From Synechococcus sp. (lineage in GTDB: Bacteria > Cyanobacteriota > Cyanobacteriia > PCC-6307 > Cyanobiaceae), in NCBI GenBank assembly GCA_047284725.1, contig JBJBEO010000001.1, positions 704,001 to 768,000 on the forward strand: DNA of 64,000 nt. The letters are read 5' to 3'. A model generated the notes under the pieces. It made no database searches. It worked only from the letters and a program-made list of their open reading frames with translations, and was not told the origin of the DNA. Positions 40,604-49,854 of the stretch are shown here, in pieces (the stretch's first letter is position 1; the number at the start of each line of letters is the position of its first letter). Made by a program: the position numbers and the translations under genes.

Positions 40604-41638
40604 TTAAGTCAGCGAGTTTATCAGTGTTGCACGGGGTGTTTCGTCGAAATGAGTCCTGTAGGCCCTTGCGAAGTGCCCGCGGCTGCGGAATCCGCAGTGT
40701 TCGGAGATATCGGAAACGGTGTAAAGCGCATGTTGCTGCCTGGCCTCAGGAGATCGCAGCAGGGTGTGAACTTGTTGCAGGCGAATGGTGCGTAGCAGTT
40801 CCATGGGTCCACAAGCGAAATTGTCTTTCGTGCCGAGGATCAGGGTGCGTCTTGACGTGTAGAGCTGCTCACAGATTTGATCGAGGCTTGCATGGGACCC
40901 AAGGTTAAGGGTGCTCCATCGCACCAATTCACGGACTAATTCATTGCGTTTGGATAGGACAAAAGGGGTAAAATAATTGCTGCGACTCTGGAGACTTTCG
41001 ATGATTGCGGTGAAAAGAGTTTGAGCACTCAAGACATTGTTCCGTAGGGTGAGAGGAGGGTTTTCTATCAGTGCTTGAATGTGTTGGCATAGGTTTTTGT
41101 GTCTGTCCGGATCGAGGCTGAGGCTGTTGCTGGCCAGCAGAGGCTCGATCAAATGTTCATGGCCAGTCTTGGTGAGGAGGTTGTTGAAGCGTCTGGCGCT
41201 GCTGATGGCGATCAGGCTTACAGATCCAGCGCTTAGTTGGAAGTGTGATTCCCTCAGATTTTGGTTGAAGCCGTACAGCCCGAATGGGTCAAAAGACTGA
41301 CATTGCACGCGGTGATCTTTGCTATTTCCAGTGCATTCCAGGCAAAAACTGATGCAGTCTTCTCCTCGATTGCCATTCAGCAACAGCACTTGATTGGTGC
41401 TGATCTTCAGCAGGCTGATCCCCTCAAGATGCAGAACACTGAAGTGACCCTGTAGTGGCCCTGAGCTCAGCTGCACCACATAAAAGTCTTTGCCCAGACC
41501 TTTCAGGCATTGGGCCAATTCACAGGCGCTAACAAATGATGTGTTGGTCTTCGTGACGACGGCCCTTGGGCCTGCCGTTGAAGTCTGGGAAGCTGTGTCA
41601 AGAGCAGTTTGCGCTGAAGAGAGATGGTGATGCATCAC
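40604..41638 (-). CDS. AraC-family transcriptional regulator (EutR-like)
   Basis: C-terminal double HTH: SRRTL...GPMELLRTIRL...CGFRSRGHFARAYRTHFDETP. Confidence 0.85.
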   Translation of the reverse strand: MMHHHLSSAQTALDTASQTSTAGPRAVVTKTNTSFVSACELAQCLKGLGKDFYVVQLSSGPLQGHFSVLHLEGISLLKISTNQVLLLNGNRGEDCISFCLECTGNSKDHRVQCQSFDPFGLYGFNQNLRESHFQLSAGSVSLIAISSARRFNNLLTKTGHEHLIEPLLASNSLSLDPDRHKNLCQHIQALIENPPLTLRNNVLSAQTLFTAIIESLQSRSNYFTPFVLSKRNELVRELVRWSTLNLGSHASLDQICEQLYTSRRTLILGTKDNFACGPMELLRTIRLQQVHTLLRSPEARQQHALYTVSDISEHCGFRSRGHFARAYRTHFDETPRATLINSLT

Positions 41639-41716
41639 TGGCCTTGCACTCCATCCCTCTAAACACTGACTTGCAAGCTAGGCATAAACTCACTGCTGTA
41701 ATCGTTCGGTTTTATT

Positions 41717-42862
41717 TTGAAGTCAAAAGGTGGTCGGTTGGATCGAGGATCATCCTCTCGCCTGATCGATCGTCTCGTGGCTGGGTCTTGTCTCAGACCG
41801 TCCGTGGTGTTCACGGCAATGGGTGATGGACCTGTCTCGTGGCGCCGCTTGGTTGTGGCGGCTCAATTGGTGTTGCCCGGACTGTTTCTGGAGCCGTTGG
41901 CCTGGTGTCAGGATTTGCTTCTCTACCGCAAGCTGCGGTCTCTTCAGGTACCCGATGACCCTGTGGTGATCGTGGGGCACTGGCGCAGTGGTACGACGTT
42001 GTTGCACCAACTGTTGGCGGCCGATCCGGCGATGGCCACAGCGCGCAACAGTTTGACGATCGCGCCTCAGGTTGCGGTGCTGCTCAAGCCCCTGCTGGTG
42101 CCGCTGTTGCAGCGGTTGATGACGCCCATTCGCCCCATCGACGCTGTGGCCTGGGGTGCCATGGATCCTCAGGAAGATGAAATCGGCCTGGCCAGGCTCA
42201 CCTGCGACACGAACATGGCCGGTGTGGCGTTCCCGCATCAATATCGACGGAATTTCCGCTGTCGGGTATTGCAGTCGACCCCGAGCTTGGAGCGGCAGCT
42301 GCATCATTTCAGCCAGCTCACCTGGCTCCACGATGGGGCAGGGAAACGACGTCTGCTCATCAAGAATCCCGCTCACACGGCCCGCATGCCGCTTTTGTTG
42401 ACACTGTTCCCCCGGGCCAAGGTTGTGTTGTTGAAGCGAGATCCGATGGATTCGGTTCGCTCCTTGGTGCAGGTCAAGCAGTGTTTGGCTGATCTGGTCG
42501 CTCTTCAAGCCCCGCTGGATGAGGTCACTCAGGTGGAGGAAACAGCAGAAGCGCACCGATTGTTGATGAGAGCCTTCAATGCCTCACGCCATTTGATTCC
42601 GCCTGGTCAGCTGGTGGAGGTTGATTACAAGGATCTGTTGGCGAATCCGTTGAGAACAGTCGAGAACATTTATCAACGTCTGGAACTGGGTGGTTGGTCG
42701 CAAGCTCATGCATCCGTGGCCCGTTGCGCTGCATCGGCAGCTCATTACCGTCCACGACCTGTGCATCTCAGTGATGAGGCGGAAGCACGCCTGCAGGAGC
42801 TGATGCAACCTGCAGGCGCAGGAGCGGTTACTCGCCGAAGGCCACCTGGCAGGCGGCATTGA
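41717..42862 (+). CDS. PAPS-dependent sulfotransferase family protein
   Basis: IVGHWRSGTTLLH (5'-PSB loop), KNPAHTAR, LKRDP...S (3'-PB); start uncertain (41717 or 41819). Confidence 0.85.
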   Translation: MKSKGGRLDRGSSSRLIDRLVAGSCLRPSVVFTAMGDGPVSWRRLVVAAQLVLPGLFLEPLAWCQDLLLYRKLRSLQVPDDPVVIVGHWRSGTTLLHQLLAADPAMATARNSLTIAPQVAVLLKPLLVPLLQRLMTPIRPIDAVAWGAMDPQEDEIGLARLTCDTNMAGVAFPHQYRRNFRCRVLQSTPSLERQLHHFSQLTWLHDGAGKRRLLIKNPAHTARMPLLLTLFPRAKVVLLKRDPMDSVRSLVQVKQCLADLVALQAPLDEVTQVEETAEAHRLLMRAFNASRHLIPPGQLVEVDYKDLLANPLRTVENIYQRLELGGWSQAHASVARCAASAAHYRPRPVHLSDEAEARLQELMQPAGAGAVTRRRPPGRRH

Positions 42863-43880
42863 GCAGCTGCGCTTCATTGCTGTCGCGCGGTGTGTCTCCA
42901 TTGATGGTGCCTTGGCGGCAGTTGGCTGAGAAGCGCACGCTTTCGTAGCCGTTGTCGGCTTCGAAGGTGATCACGTCGCCACTCGCGGTCACGCTCGGGT
43001 AGTAGAGCGAGTAATCCGAGCTAGGCACGACGATATAGCTCACCTGGTTGGACTGCGCTGAGTTCACCAGGCTGTTGATGACCCCGAAGGTGGCCATGCC
43101 AGCCAGACCCCAGGCTGCTGCCTTTCCGGGATACCAGCCCCAGTTGTTCCAGTAGGAACCGCCATACCAGCCATAGTTCCAGGGGCGATTGTTGTACCAA
43201 CCGCTGTTGCTGTACCAGCCCCTGCCATAGCGGTCCCAGTTGTTAACGGCCTTCCGGTAGGTGTCGTTGCGGTTGTTGACTCGGTTGTTACGTCCGTCCT
43301 GGCGGATGTCGGTGCGGTTGGTGCGATCGTTCTGGCGAGTGCTCTGACGCGAATCACGGCTGCCTTGCCGATTGGTCTGGTTGGTTTGGCGGTTGGACTG
43401 GCGTGACCCCTGATTGCTCTGGCGAGTGCTTTGACGCGAATCTCGGCTGCCCTGCCGATTGGTCTGGTTGGTTTGGCGGCTGGTTTGCCGCGATCCTTGA
43501 TTGGATTGGCGTGTACTGCTGCGAGACCCGCTGTTCCGGGAACTGCCACTCCGTGACCCGCTGCTGCGGGAGCCACTGCCGCTGTGGGAGCTGAAGCCGG
43601 TTCGTCCACCACTGGAGCCTCCGCGGGAGCTGCTGCGAGACCCGCTGCTGCGAGACCCCGAACTCCTTGATCCACTGCTACGTGATCCACCACCCCGGGA
43701 ACCACCACCCCGGGAACCACCACCTCGGGAACCACCTCCCCGCTGGGCCAATTCGATTTCGGTGTTGGCGGCTGTGGGAGTGACTGCGCTGGTGGCCATC
43801 GCTGCCAACCCCGCTGTTGGTTGCAGGCTCAGCAGCAGGCTGATGAAGCCGGCAACAGGTTTTGCATGGTTCTTGTTCAT
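42828..43880 (-). CDS. Secreted low-complexity G/S/R/Q/N-rich protein with Trp/Tyr/Gly-rich segment and small C-terminal Cys-pair domain
   Basis: ATG at 43880 overlaps the upstream stop; signal peptide; (GGSRG)n repeats, Q/N repeats, WY..GW segment. Confidence 0.7.
   Translation of the reverse strand: MNKNHAKPVAGFISLLLSLQPTAGLAAMATSAVTPTAANTEIELAQRGGGSRGGGSRGGGSRGGGSRSSGSRSSGSRSSGSRSSSRGGSSGGRTGFSSHSGSGSRSSGSRSGSSRNSGSRSSTRQSNQGSRQTSRQTNQTNRQGSRDSRQSTRQSNQGSRQSNRQTNQTNRQGSRDSRQSTRQNDRTNRTDIRQDGRNNRVNNRNDTYRKAVNNWDRYGRGWYSNSGWYNNRPWNYGWYGGSYWNNWGWYPGKAAAWGLAGMATFGVINSLVNSAQSNQVSYIVVPSSDYSLYYPSVTASGDVITFEADNGYESVRFSANCRQGTINGDTPRDSNEAQLLNAACQVAFGE
43332..43511 (-). repeat. 87-bp imperfect tandem duplication (29-aa unit RQSNQGSRQ..RQTNQTNRQGSRDSRQST)
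   Basis: CTGGCGAGTGCT occurs at 43332 and 43419 (period 87) with matching downstream sequence. Confidence 0.85.
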
Positions 43881-44377
43881 CGCTTGAGTGCCTCCATCAG
43901 TCGCTTGCAACCGTTGTCGAAGCAGGCCACCTCCACGCGGCCATTGCTCCCGAAGGCCATCCCGGCCTTGGTGCGCCCTTGCATGGCATCCCCACTGTTC
44001 ACCAGTACGTCGGCCAGGAAGGTGGGATTGTTGACACAGAACGCTCGGTTGTTGAAGCAGAGCTCCTGGTCTTGAAAATCGATCGTCGCGTTTTTCACGG
44101 AGGCCCAAGCTGCTCCTGCTGCCTTTTGGCCTTCGATGCGCACGTAGGGCGAGTCAATCACGCGATAGGACACGGTGCGTCCGCCGAAGCTGTGGCGGTA
44201 TTCAGTGGTGTCGTCAACATTCACTGCTGTGACTGTGCAGGCGAAGGGTTCGGCCGTGCCAGTGCTGCAGGTGGTATCGAGCCTGTAGAGCTCTTCGGCC
44301 TGAAGGGAAGGAGCGTGAACGATTCCGCCGATCAAGAGCAGACCCAACAGCAACCTGCACCGTTGTGGTGTGGTCAT
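43877..44377 (-). CDS. Secreted hypothetical protein with 3 putative Cys pairs
   Basis: Signal peptide; 6 Cys in the mature part; translationally coupled to the downstream gene. Confidence 0.7.
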   Translation of the reverse strand: MTTPQRCRLLLGLLLIGGIVHAPSLQAEELYRLDTTCSTGTAEPFACTVTAVNVDDTTEYRHSFGGRTVSYRVIDSPYVRIEGQKAAGAAWASVKNATIDFQDQELCFNNRAFCVNNPTFLADVLVNSGDAMQGRTKAGMAFGSNGRVEVACFDNGCKRLMEALKR

Positions 44378-44459
44378 AGGGATGAGGATTGATGCAGAGA
44401 TGGAGGGTGGAATGCCTCCGTTCTTGCAAGATGGCCAGAGGCTGAAACATCGTCAGTAG

Positions 44460-44738
44460 ATGTGCACAGATGGGATCAAGCATCGGCGTGAACGGTTGCA
44501 TGAGCTGCTGCTCGCCTTGATCGAGCAGCAGGCTGATCTCGAATTGATGGATGCCGATGGCCCCACCGGATTCACCGTCAGTGGGGCCAGTGATGCTGCT
44601 GCCGATGCAGCCCGCTGGATGGAGCGCAACCGCAGGGTGTTGCAGCGTTATCAGTCGTTGGTGCGTACAGCCGTCACCCTGGATGCGTTGCTCGATGCTG
44701 AGACCACAGCAGGACCTGAGGTCAATGAGTCGTTCTGA
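44460..44738 (+). CDS. Hypothetical protein
   Basis: 92-aa helical-looking ORF (LHELLLALI...RYQSLVRTAVTLDALL). Confidence 0.6.
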   Translation: MCTDGIKHRRERLHELLLALIEQQADLELMDADGPTGFTVSGASDAAADAARWMERNRRVLQRYQSLVRTAVTLDALLDAETTAGPEVNESF

Positions 44739-44843
44739 TCGTTCTGGCATGGGTTGATCAACACCGGCGGTTCGCTCACCTTCACCAGCACCAAAAGCTG
44801 CGGCGAGTCTGTGAAGGCCGACCTCCCTGCCCAGGGGTCGGCC

Positions 44844-46418
44844 TCAGTCCTCTTCCTGATGCAGCAGTTGTTGTTCACGGCCAATGATCAGCAACAGCAG
44901 GCTGAGGGCCAGCAGTAATCCGGTGAGGCTTGCCATCAGAAGCATCGTGCCGGCGAGGCCCTGGCTGTAGGCCCCTCGCAACACCGTCAGCATCGGCTCG
45001 ACATCCGAGGCCGGTAACGCGATCGGACTGTTGCGCAGAAATAAATGCACCATCTGGTCGAGTTGGGGACTCGTCTCAGCGCCAAGTCCTGCCAGTTGCA
45101 GTCGGGTCTGCAGGTCGTTGAAGCCCAGGCCGCGGATCATCGTGCCGCTGATGGCCAGCCCGAAGGCAAACCCCAGCTGGCCGCTGGTGGTGCGGAAGGC
45201 CAGCACTGAGCCAAAGCAATCGTCTGGTGCCTCCTGCACGAACAGGGACGACTGGGGTACAGCCACAAAGGCCAGCCCGACTCCCGACAGAACGAGCGCT
45301 GGCAACAGGTGCCAATAGGGGGTGTGGACCTGCACGATCGCGACCAGCGCCAGCCCGATGGTGAGAGTCAGGCTGCCCCAGGCCATCAGCACCAGAGTGC
45401 GTCGCCCCGGTGCCATCCAGCGGCCTGCCAGGATCCCGGCCAGGCCGAAGCAGAGCAGAAACGGCAGCTGGCCCAAGGCCACGGAGCTGGTGCTGTATCC
45501 CTGCACCAGTTGCCAGAAGTTGCTGGTCTGCAGCTGCAGCACGGCTTGGGCCACGTTCCAGCCGAGGCCGTTCACCACCGCGGCGGCGAAAAAGCCCCTC
45601 AGGTAAAGCCTGGGGGGGAAGATCGGGGTGGTGCAGCCTCGCTCCCAGGCGATGTGGAGGCCGTACAGCAGAAGCCCGAGGACGCTTGGCAGCCAGAAGG
45701 CCGGGCTGCGCAATCCCGTTGCGGCATGGTTGATGCCATAGAGAAACAGCACCACCGCAGAGGCGATCGTGAGTAGCCCCAGTCCATCGGGCCGCAGACG
45801 GCGATTGGCCGGAATCGAGGGCAGCAGCACAGGTAGGAGCGGCAGGCTGATCACGCAGATCAGGGGCACCAGGCCCATGGCCAGGCGCCAGTGCAGGGTG
45901 GCCATCCAGCCGCCGAGCAGGGAACCGATGATGAAGGCCACCACGATCAGCAGATTCCAGAGCCCAAGAGCGGCATTGAGTTGATGGGGGCGGCTCACGG
46001 CTCGCACGCTCGCAAAGGTGCTGGTGAGTACCGAGCCCAGAGCGATCCCCGTGAGCGCCCTGCCCAGTAGGAAGACATTCGCTGCAGGGGCCAGCATGGA
46101 GAGCAGGTTGCCCGCAAGGGCCAGTAGCAGTGAGGCAGCGAGGATTCTGCGCCTGCCGTAGCGATCCCCGAGAAAGCCCATCACCAGCACCGTGGCGGCC
46201 TGAGCCAGGGTGGAGACGCTGGCCGCCAGCGCCAGCGTTGCCCCTTCCATGTGCAGGTTGGCGCTGGCATTCACCAGGGCGATGTTCGCCACGCTGGGAT
46301 CGATCAGCTGCAGGCCTGCCAGGAGTCCCAGATAGGGCACCGCCAGGGGCGAGATGCCGTTGGGATTGGAACAGGTGTGGCCCATCTCAATGCATCGCCC
46401 GTTTCCATCCAACGTCAT
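44844..46418 (-). CDS. MFS transporter (DHA2-like, about 14 TM)
   Basis: MFS motif A GFLGDRYGRRR, GRALTG, many TM segments. Confidence 0.88.
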   Translation of the reverse strand: MTLDGNGRCIEMGHTCSNPNGISPLAVPYLGLLAGLQLIDPSVANIALVNASANLHMEGATLALAASVSTLAQAATVLVMGFLGDRYGRRRILAASLLLALAGNLLSMLAPAANVFLLGRALTGIALGSVLTSTFASVRAVSRPHQLNAALGLWNLLIVVAFIIGSLLGGWMATLHWRLAMGLVPLICVISLPLLPVLLPSIPANRRLRPDGLGLLTIASAVVLFLYGINHAATGLRSPAFWLPSVLGLLLYGLHIAWERGCTTPIFPPRLYLRGFFAAAVVNGLGWNVAQAVLQLQTSNFWQLVQGYSTSSVALGQLPFLLCFGLAGILAGRWMAPGRRTLVLMAWGSLTLTIGLALVAIVQVHTPYWHLLPALVLSGVGLAFVAVPQSSLFVQEAPDDCFGSVLAFRTTSGQLGFAFGLAISGTMIRGLGFNDLQTRLQLAGLGAETSPQLDQMVHLFLRNSPIALPASDVEPMLTVLRGAYSQGLAGTMLLMASLTGLLLALSLLLLIIGREQQLLHQEED

Positions 46419-46647
46419 GGCTGGGAGCCTTGAGTGCCGTACTGCCTCAGATCATGGAGAGGGTTGCGACAGGACATGACTCTGCTGAGGAGTGGAAAGA
46501 TTCCGTCATCGGTTGATCATTTTTGAGGTGCATTCGTGCTGTTGCTTTTGCCAATAATGAGGTGCGTGTTGATTGTTGATGGATGGTCAACTGCAATCTC
46601 CAGAATGGCTTGATTTTGCAGATTGATTGTTCAATCAGAACAGTGCT

Positions 46648-49600
46648 ATGACTGACTTTATTGGTGGCGGAACCATTGTTTCCGTCAATCCTGCTGATGC
46701 TGATATCAGTGGATTTGACCCGCTCCGTGATGTGCTGGATTTCGGCGACATCTCAGTGCATGGCCTGATTCTTGGCTCACTTCCTGATGGCACGGCGGCC
46801 ATCGTTAATCCCTGGGGTGATCCTCCCCAATATCAGGCCCTCACTGGGGTGAGCTGGGCGGATCTCTCGCTGGATAATTTCGGCATCGTGGGGAACGAGC
46901 ACCTACGGCAAGACATTGGTGCCGTGTTGTCGTGGGAGCAGGGGATTGGTGATCGTGATCCCAACACGATTTATGTGCGCTCCCATGAATATGGGGTGCA
47001 TGAGGTGATTGAAAACTTCGATCCCACCACCCAGAAACTGAGTTTTCTGTATGTGGGCACCCGAGAGCGCCTGTCGGTCACCGATACGGCCGAGGGGCTG
47101 TTGATTCAATTCGAGCCCTCAGGCCAGAGCCTCTTGCTGGTGGGCATCCAGCGCAGCGATTTGATTGGTGCCAATCTCGAGTTTCACCACGATCAGGTGG
47201 TGGAAGACAGCCTCGAGGTGCCGTTTGGGTTCACCGCCGATCAAGTGACCCTGGTGAGCCGCGAGGGGTTGGTGACACCCGCGGCACCGTTGGGTGAGAG
47301 CACCGACGGTTTCCAGGAAAGGGCCGGCGAATGGGTGCATCCTGATGCGGTGGTGGCTGACGGTGCCAGCAGCGATGACTCCACGCACGACCACTCCACC
47401 CATGACCATGCCATGCACGATCACGGCATGGCAGATGGCGACACGGGCACTGAGTCTGCTGCTGAAACGCCTGCGGCACCGTCTACGGGTGCGATTCAGC
47501 TGAGCGTGAGCGGCAGCCTCTACTGGGGTGGCATGAGTGGCGTGCTCACCCTGAAGAACACCTCGGCGAATGCCATCGATGGCTGGCAGGTGAGTTTTCT
47601 GACCAGTCAGAGCAATGTGCGCTTCTGGTCGGCCAACGCCAGCGCAGTGGATCAGGGCGATGGCACGGTGCTGGTGACGCTTCAACCTGTCGATTGGAAT
47701 GCGTCGATTGCCGCCGGCGGCAGCATCAGCCTTGATTTCAACGCCGACAGCGTGGGCCTGCCCAACAGCGGCAGCCTCACGGATGCACTGTTTTTTGCCG
47801 GCAGCAGCCTTGTTGAACCAGAGCTTGCTCCGGAACCCGAACCCACACCTGCACCTGAACTAGAGACCGAGCCCGAGCCGCAACCGGCAGCTGTGCTGGT
47901 GGAAGCCACGGTCACCGACCACTGGAATGGCACCTTCGCTGGCAATCTCACCGTCACCAACGCGGGCTCGCAGGCACTGGATGCAGGGTGGTCGGTGAGC
48001 TTCCTGAGTGATTACGCCCTCAAGCAGGTCAGCAATTTCAGCCTTCGTCAGGAGCAACAAAGCGACGGCCGCTATCGCGTCACCCTCTCGGCGCCGAGCT
48101 GGTCTGCGGGTCAGGCCTTGGCGTCCGGCAGCAGCCTCAGTTCCTATTACCAGGGCAGCGGCGATCTCAGTGGCGCAACATCACTGAGCTTCGACACGGG
48201 CGATGCGACGGCTCCTGCAGAGCCGGCATTTCCCACAGACCCTGGTGAGATCACCGATCCCGGGGAAACAACCGAGCCGGTTGAGCCGAAAGAGCCCGAA
48301 AGCTCAACAGATCCTGCTGAACCAACGGATTCAACGGATCCGACGGGTCCCAGTGATCCCATTGATCCAATCGACCCATCGCCCTCACCCGATCCATCCC
48401 CCTCCAGCGATGGCCTGCGGGTGGTGGGTTACTTCGAAGAGTGGGGCATTTATGGCCGCGACTTCCGCGTCGCCGATGTGGATGCCAGCAAGCTCACCCA
48501 CCTCAACTACAGCTTCTTCGGGGTGGATGACAGCGGCGACCTGTTCATCCATGACGCCTGGGCGGCCACCGACAAACGCTTCACCGCTGATCAGCAGGTG
48601 AGCCGCACCTTCTCTGCCAGCGAATGGAGTGGTCTCGATGCGGCCTATCGCGACGGTCTCGTGAATGGGGGTGATTTCGCGCGCACTACAGCAGCTGATG
48701 GGTCCGTCACCCTCACCGGCCTTCCGGTGGGGTGGGATGCCCCCAATGCCGAGGCGGGCAACCTGCGCCAGCTGGATCTGCTCAAGCAACTCAATCCTCA
48801 CCTCAACATCGGCTTTGCCCTGGGGGGCTGGACGCTCTCCGGTGCGTTCAGCCTGGCCTTCGATGATGCCGCTGGCCGGGAGGCGTTCGCCAACAGCGTG
48901 ATCGATACCCTCAGCCGGTATGACGTTTTCAACACCGTCGATTTCGACTGGGAGTACCCGGGTGGTGGTGGACTGGGCAGCAATGCGGTGAGCGATCAGG
49001 ACGGTGCCAATTTCGCCCTCACCCTGCAACTGCTCGACCAGAAGCTGGACACCTTCCAGCGGCAGACCGGCCGCGAGGTGGAGATCTCCATCGCCACCGC
49101 CGGTGGCGCCGACAAGCTGGCCAACCTCAACCTTGAGGGGATCGACCCCTACGTCGACTTCTACAACGTGATGACCTACGACTTCCACGGCGGGTGGGAG
49201 TCGCAGACCGGCCACCAGGCCGCCATGACCGGCGATGCGGGGGGCTACGACGTGCTCACCGCCATCGATCAGTTCCGCCAGGCGGATGTGGATCTCAGCA
49301 AGGTGGTGCTTGGTGCTCCGGCTTACACCCGCGCCTGGGGTGGCGTGCAAGACGGGGGCACCTACGGCTACCAGCAGGCGGGGGATTCCTCGCAGGCCGC
49401 CGGGTCATTTGAAGCCGGCAGCTACGACGTGAAGGATCTACTCACCGGCGTGGAGAACGCCGACCTGCAGCTGTTCTGGGATGACACCGCCAAAGCGGCG
49501 TTTGTCTACGACTCCGTCAGTGGTCTTTGGAGCTCGATTGAAACCGCAGCCACCGTGGCCGGTAAAGCGGCCTATGTGCAGGAGGCGGGGCTGGGCGGTT

Positions 49601-49779
49601 TGATGTTCTGGGCCTTGTCCAACGACGCCGAGGGGGATCAGAGCCTGGTGGATGCCGCCTTTGATGGCCTGTTGGGCGGTGAATCCCTGGAGGCGATCGT
49701 GGCGCGAGCCAACTCCTTTGATCAGGTGATCGGTGGTGATGGTCAGTTCACCCTGAGCGATTTCACCAATCTGGCCTGA
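46648..49779 (+). CDS. Multidomain GH18 chitinase with two CBM2-like modules
   Basis: Catalytic VDFDWEYP, VVGYFEEWGIYGR, LTHLNYSF, ALGGWT, NVMTYDFHG, GLGGLMFW; two W-G..G.L...N...GW.VSF...P.WN modules; Pro/Thr/Glu linkers. Confidence 0.9.
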   Translation: MTDFIGGGTIVSVNPADADISGFDPLRDVLDFGDISVHGLILGSLPDGTAAIVNPWGDPPQYQALTGVSWADLSLDNFGIVGNEHLRQDIGAVLSWEQGIGDRDPNTIYVRSHEYGVHEVIENFDPTTQKLSFLYVGTRERLSVTDTAEGLLIQFEPSGQSLLLVGIQRSDLIGANLEFHHDQVVEDSLEVPFGFTADQVTLVSREGLVTPAAPLGESTDGFQERAGEWVHPDAVVADGASSDDSTHDHSTHDHAMHDHGMADGDTGTESAAETPAAPSTGAIQLSVSGSLYWGGMSGVLTLKNTSANAIDGWQVSFLTSQSNVRFWSANASAVDQGDGTVLVTLQPVDWNASIAAGGSISLDFNADSVGLPNSGSLTDALFFAGSSLVEPELAPEPEPTPAPELETEPEPQPAAVLVEATVTDHWNGTFAGNLTVTNAGSQALDAGWSVSFLSDYALKQVSNFSLRQEQQSDGRYRVTLSAPSWSAGQALASGSSLSSYYQGSGDLSGATSLSFDTGDATAPAEPAFPTDPGEITDPGETTEPVEPKEPESSTDPAEPTDSTDPTGPSDPIDPIDPSPSPDPSPSSDGLRVVGYFEEWGIYGRDFRVADVDASKLTHLNYSFFGVDDSGDLFIHDAWAATDKRFTADQQVSRTFSASEWSGLDAAYRDGLVNGGDFARTTAADGSVTLTGLPVGWDAPNAEAGNLRQLDLLKQLNPHLNIGFALGGWTLSGAFSLAFDDAAGREAFANSVIDTLSRYDVFNTVDFDWEYPGGGGLGSNAVSDQDGANFALTLQLLDQKLDTFQRQTGREVEISIATAGGADKLANLNLEGIDPYVDFYNVMTYDFHGGWESQTGHQAAMTGDAGGYDVLTAIDQFRQADVDLSKVVLGAPAYTRAWGGVQDGGTYGYQQAGDSSQAAGSFEAGSYDVKDLLTGVENADLQLFWDDTAKAAFVYDSVSGLWSSIETAATVAGKAAYVQEAGLGGLMFWALSNDAEGDQSLVDAAFDGLLGGESLEAIVARANSFDQVIGGDGQFTLSDFTNLA

Positions 49780-49854
49780 GCGGCGATTGTCGATGGTGGC
49801 CCCTCTGGTGCTTCCGCTCAGCTCTGGCAATCTGGGCGGACTCTCGGCCCCTGC

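Noticed and set aside
43330..43745. Repeat cluster considered as a CRISPR array
   Set aside because: Repeats are tandem, codon-periodic and degenerate at third positions, with no unique spacers and no cas genes in the window
47815..48405. Short repeats inside the chitinase
   Set aside because: Encode Pro/Glu/Thr/Asp inter-domain linkers typical of modular glycosidases
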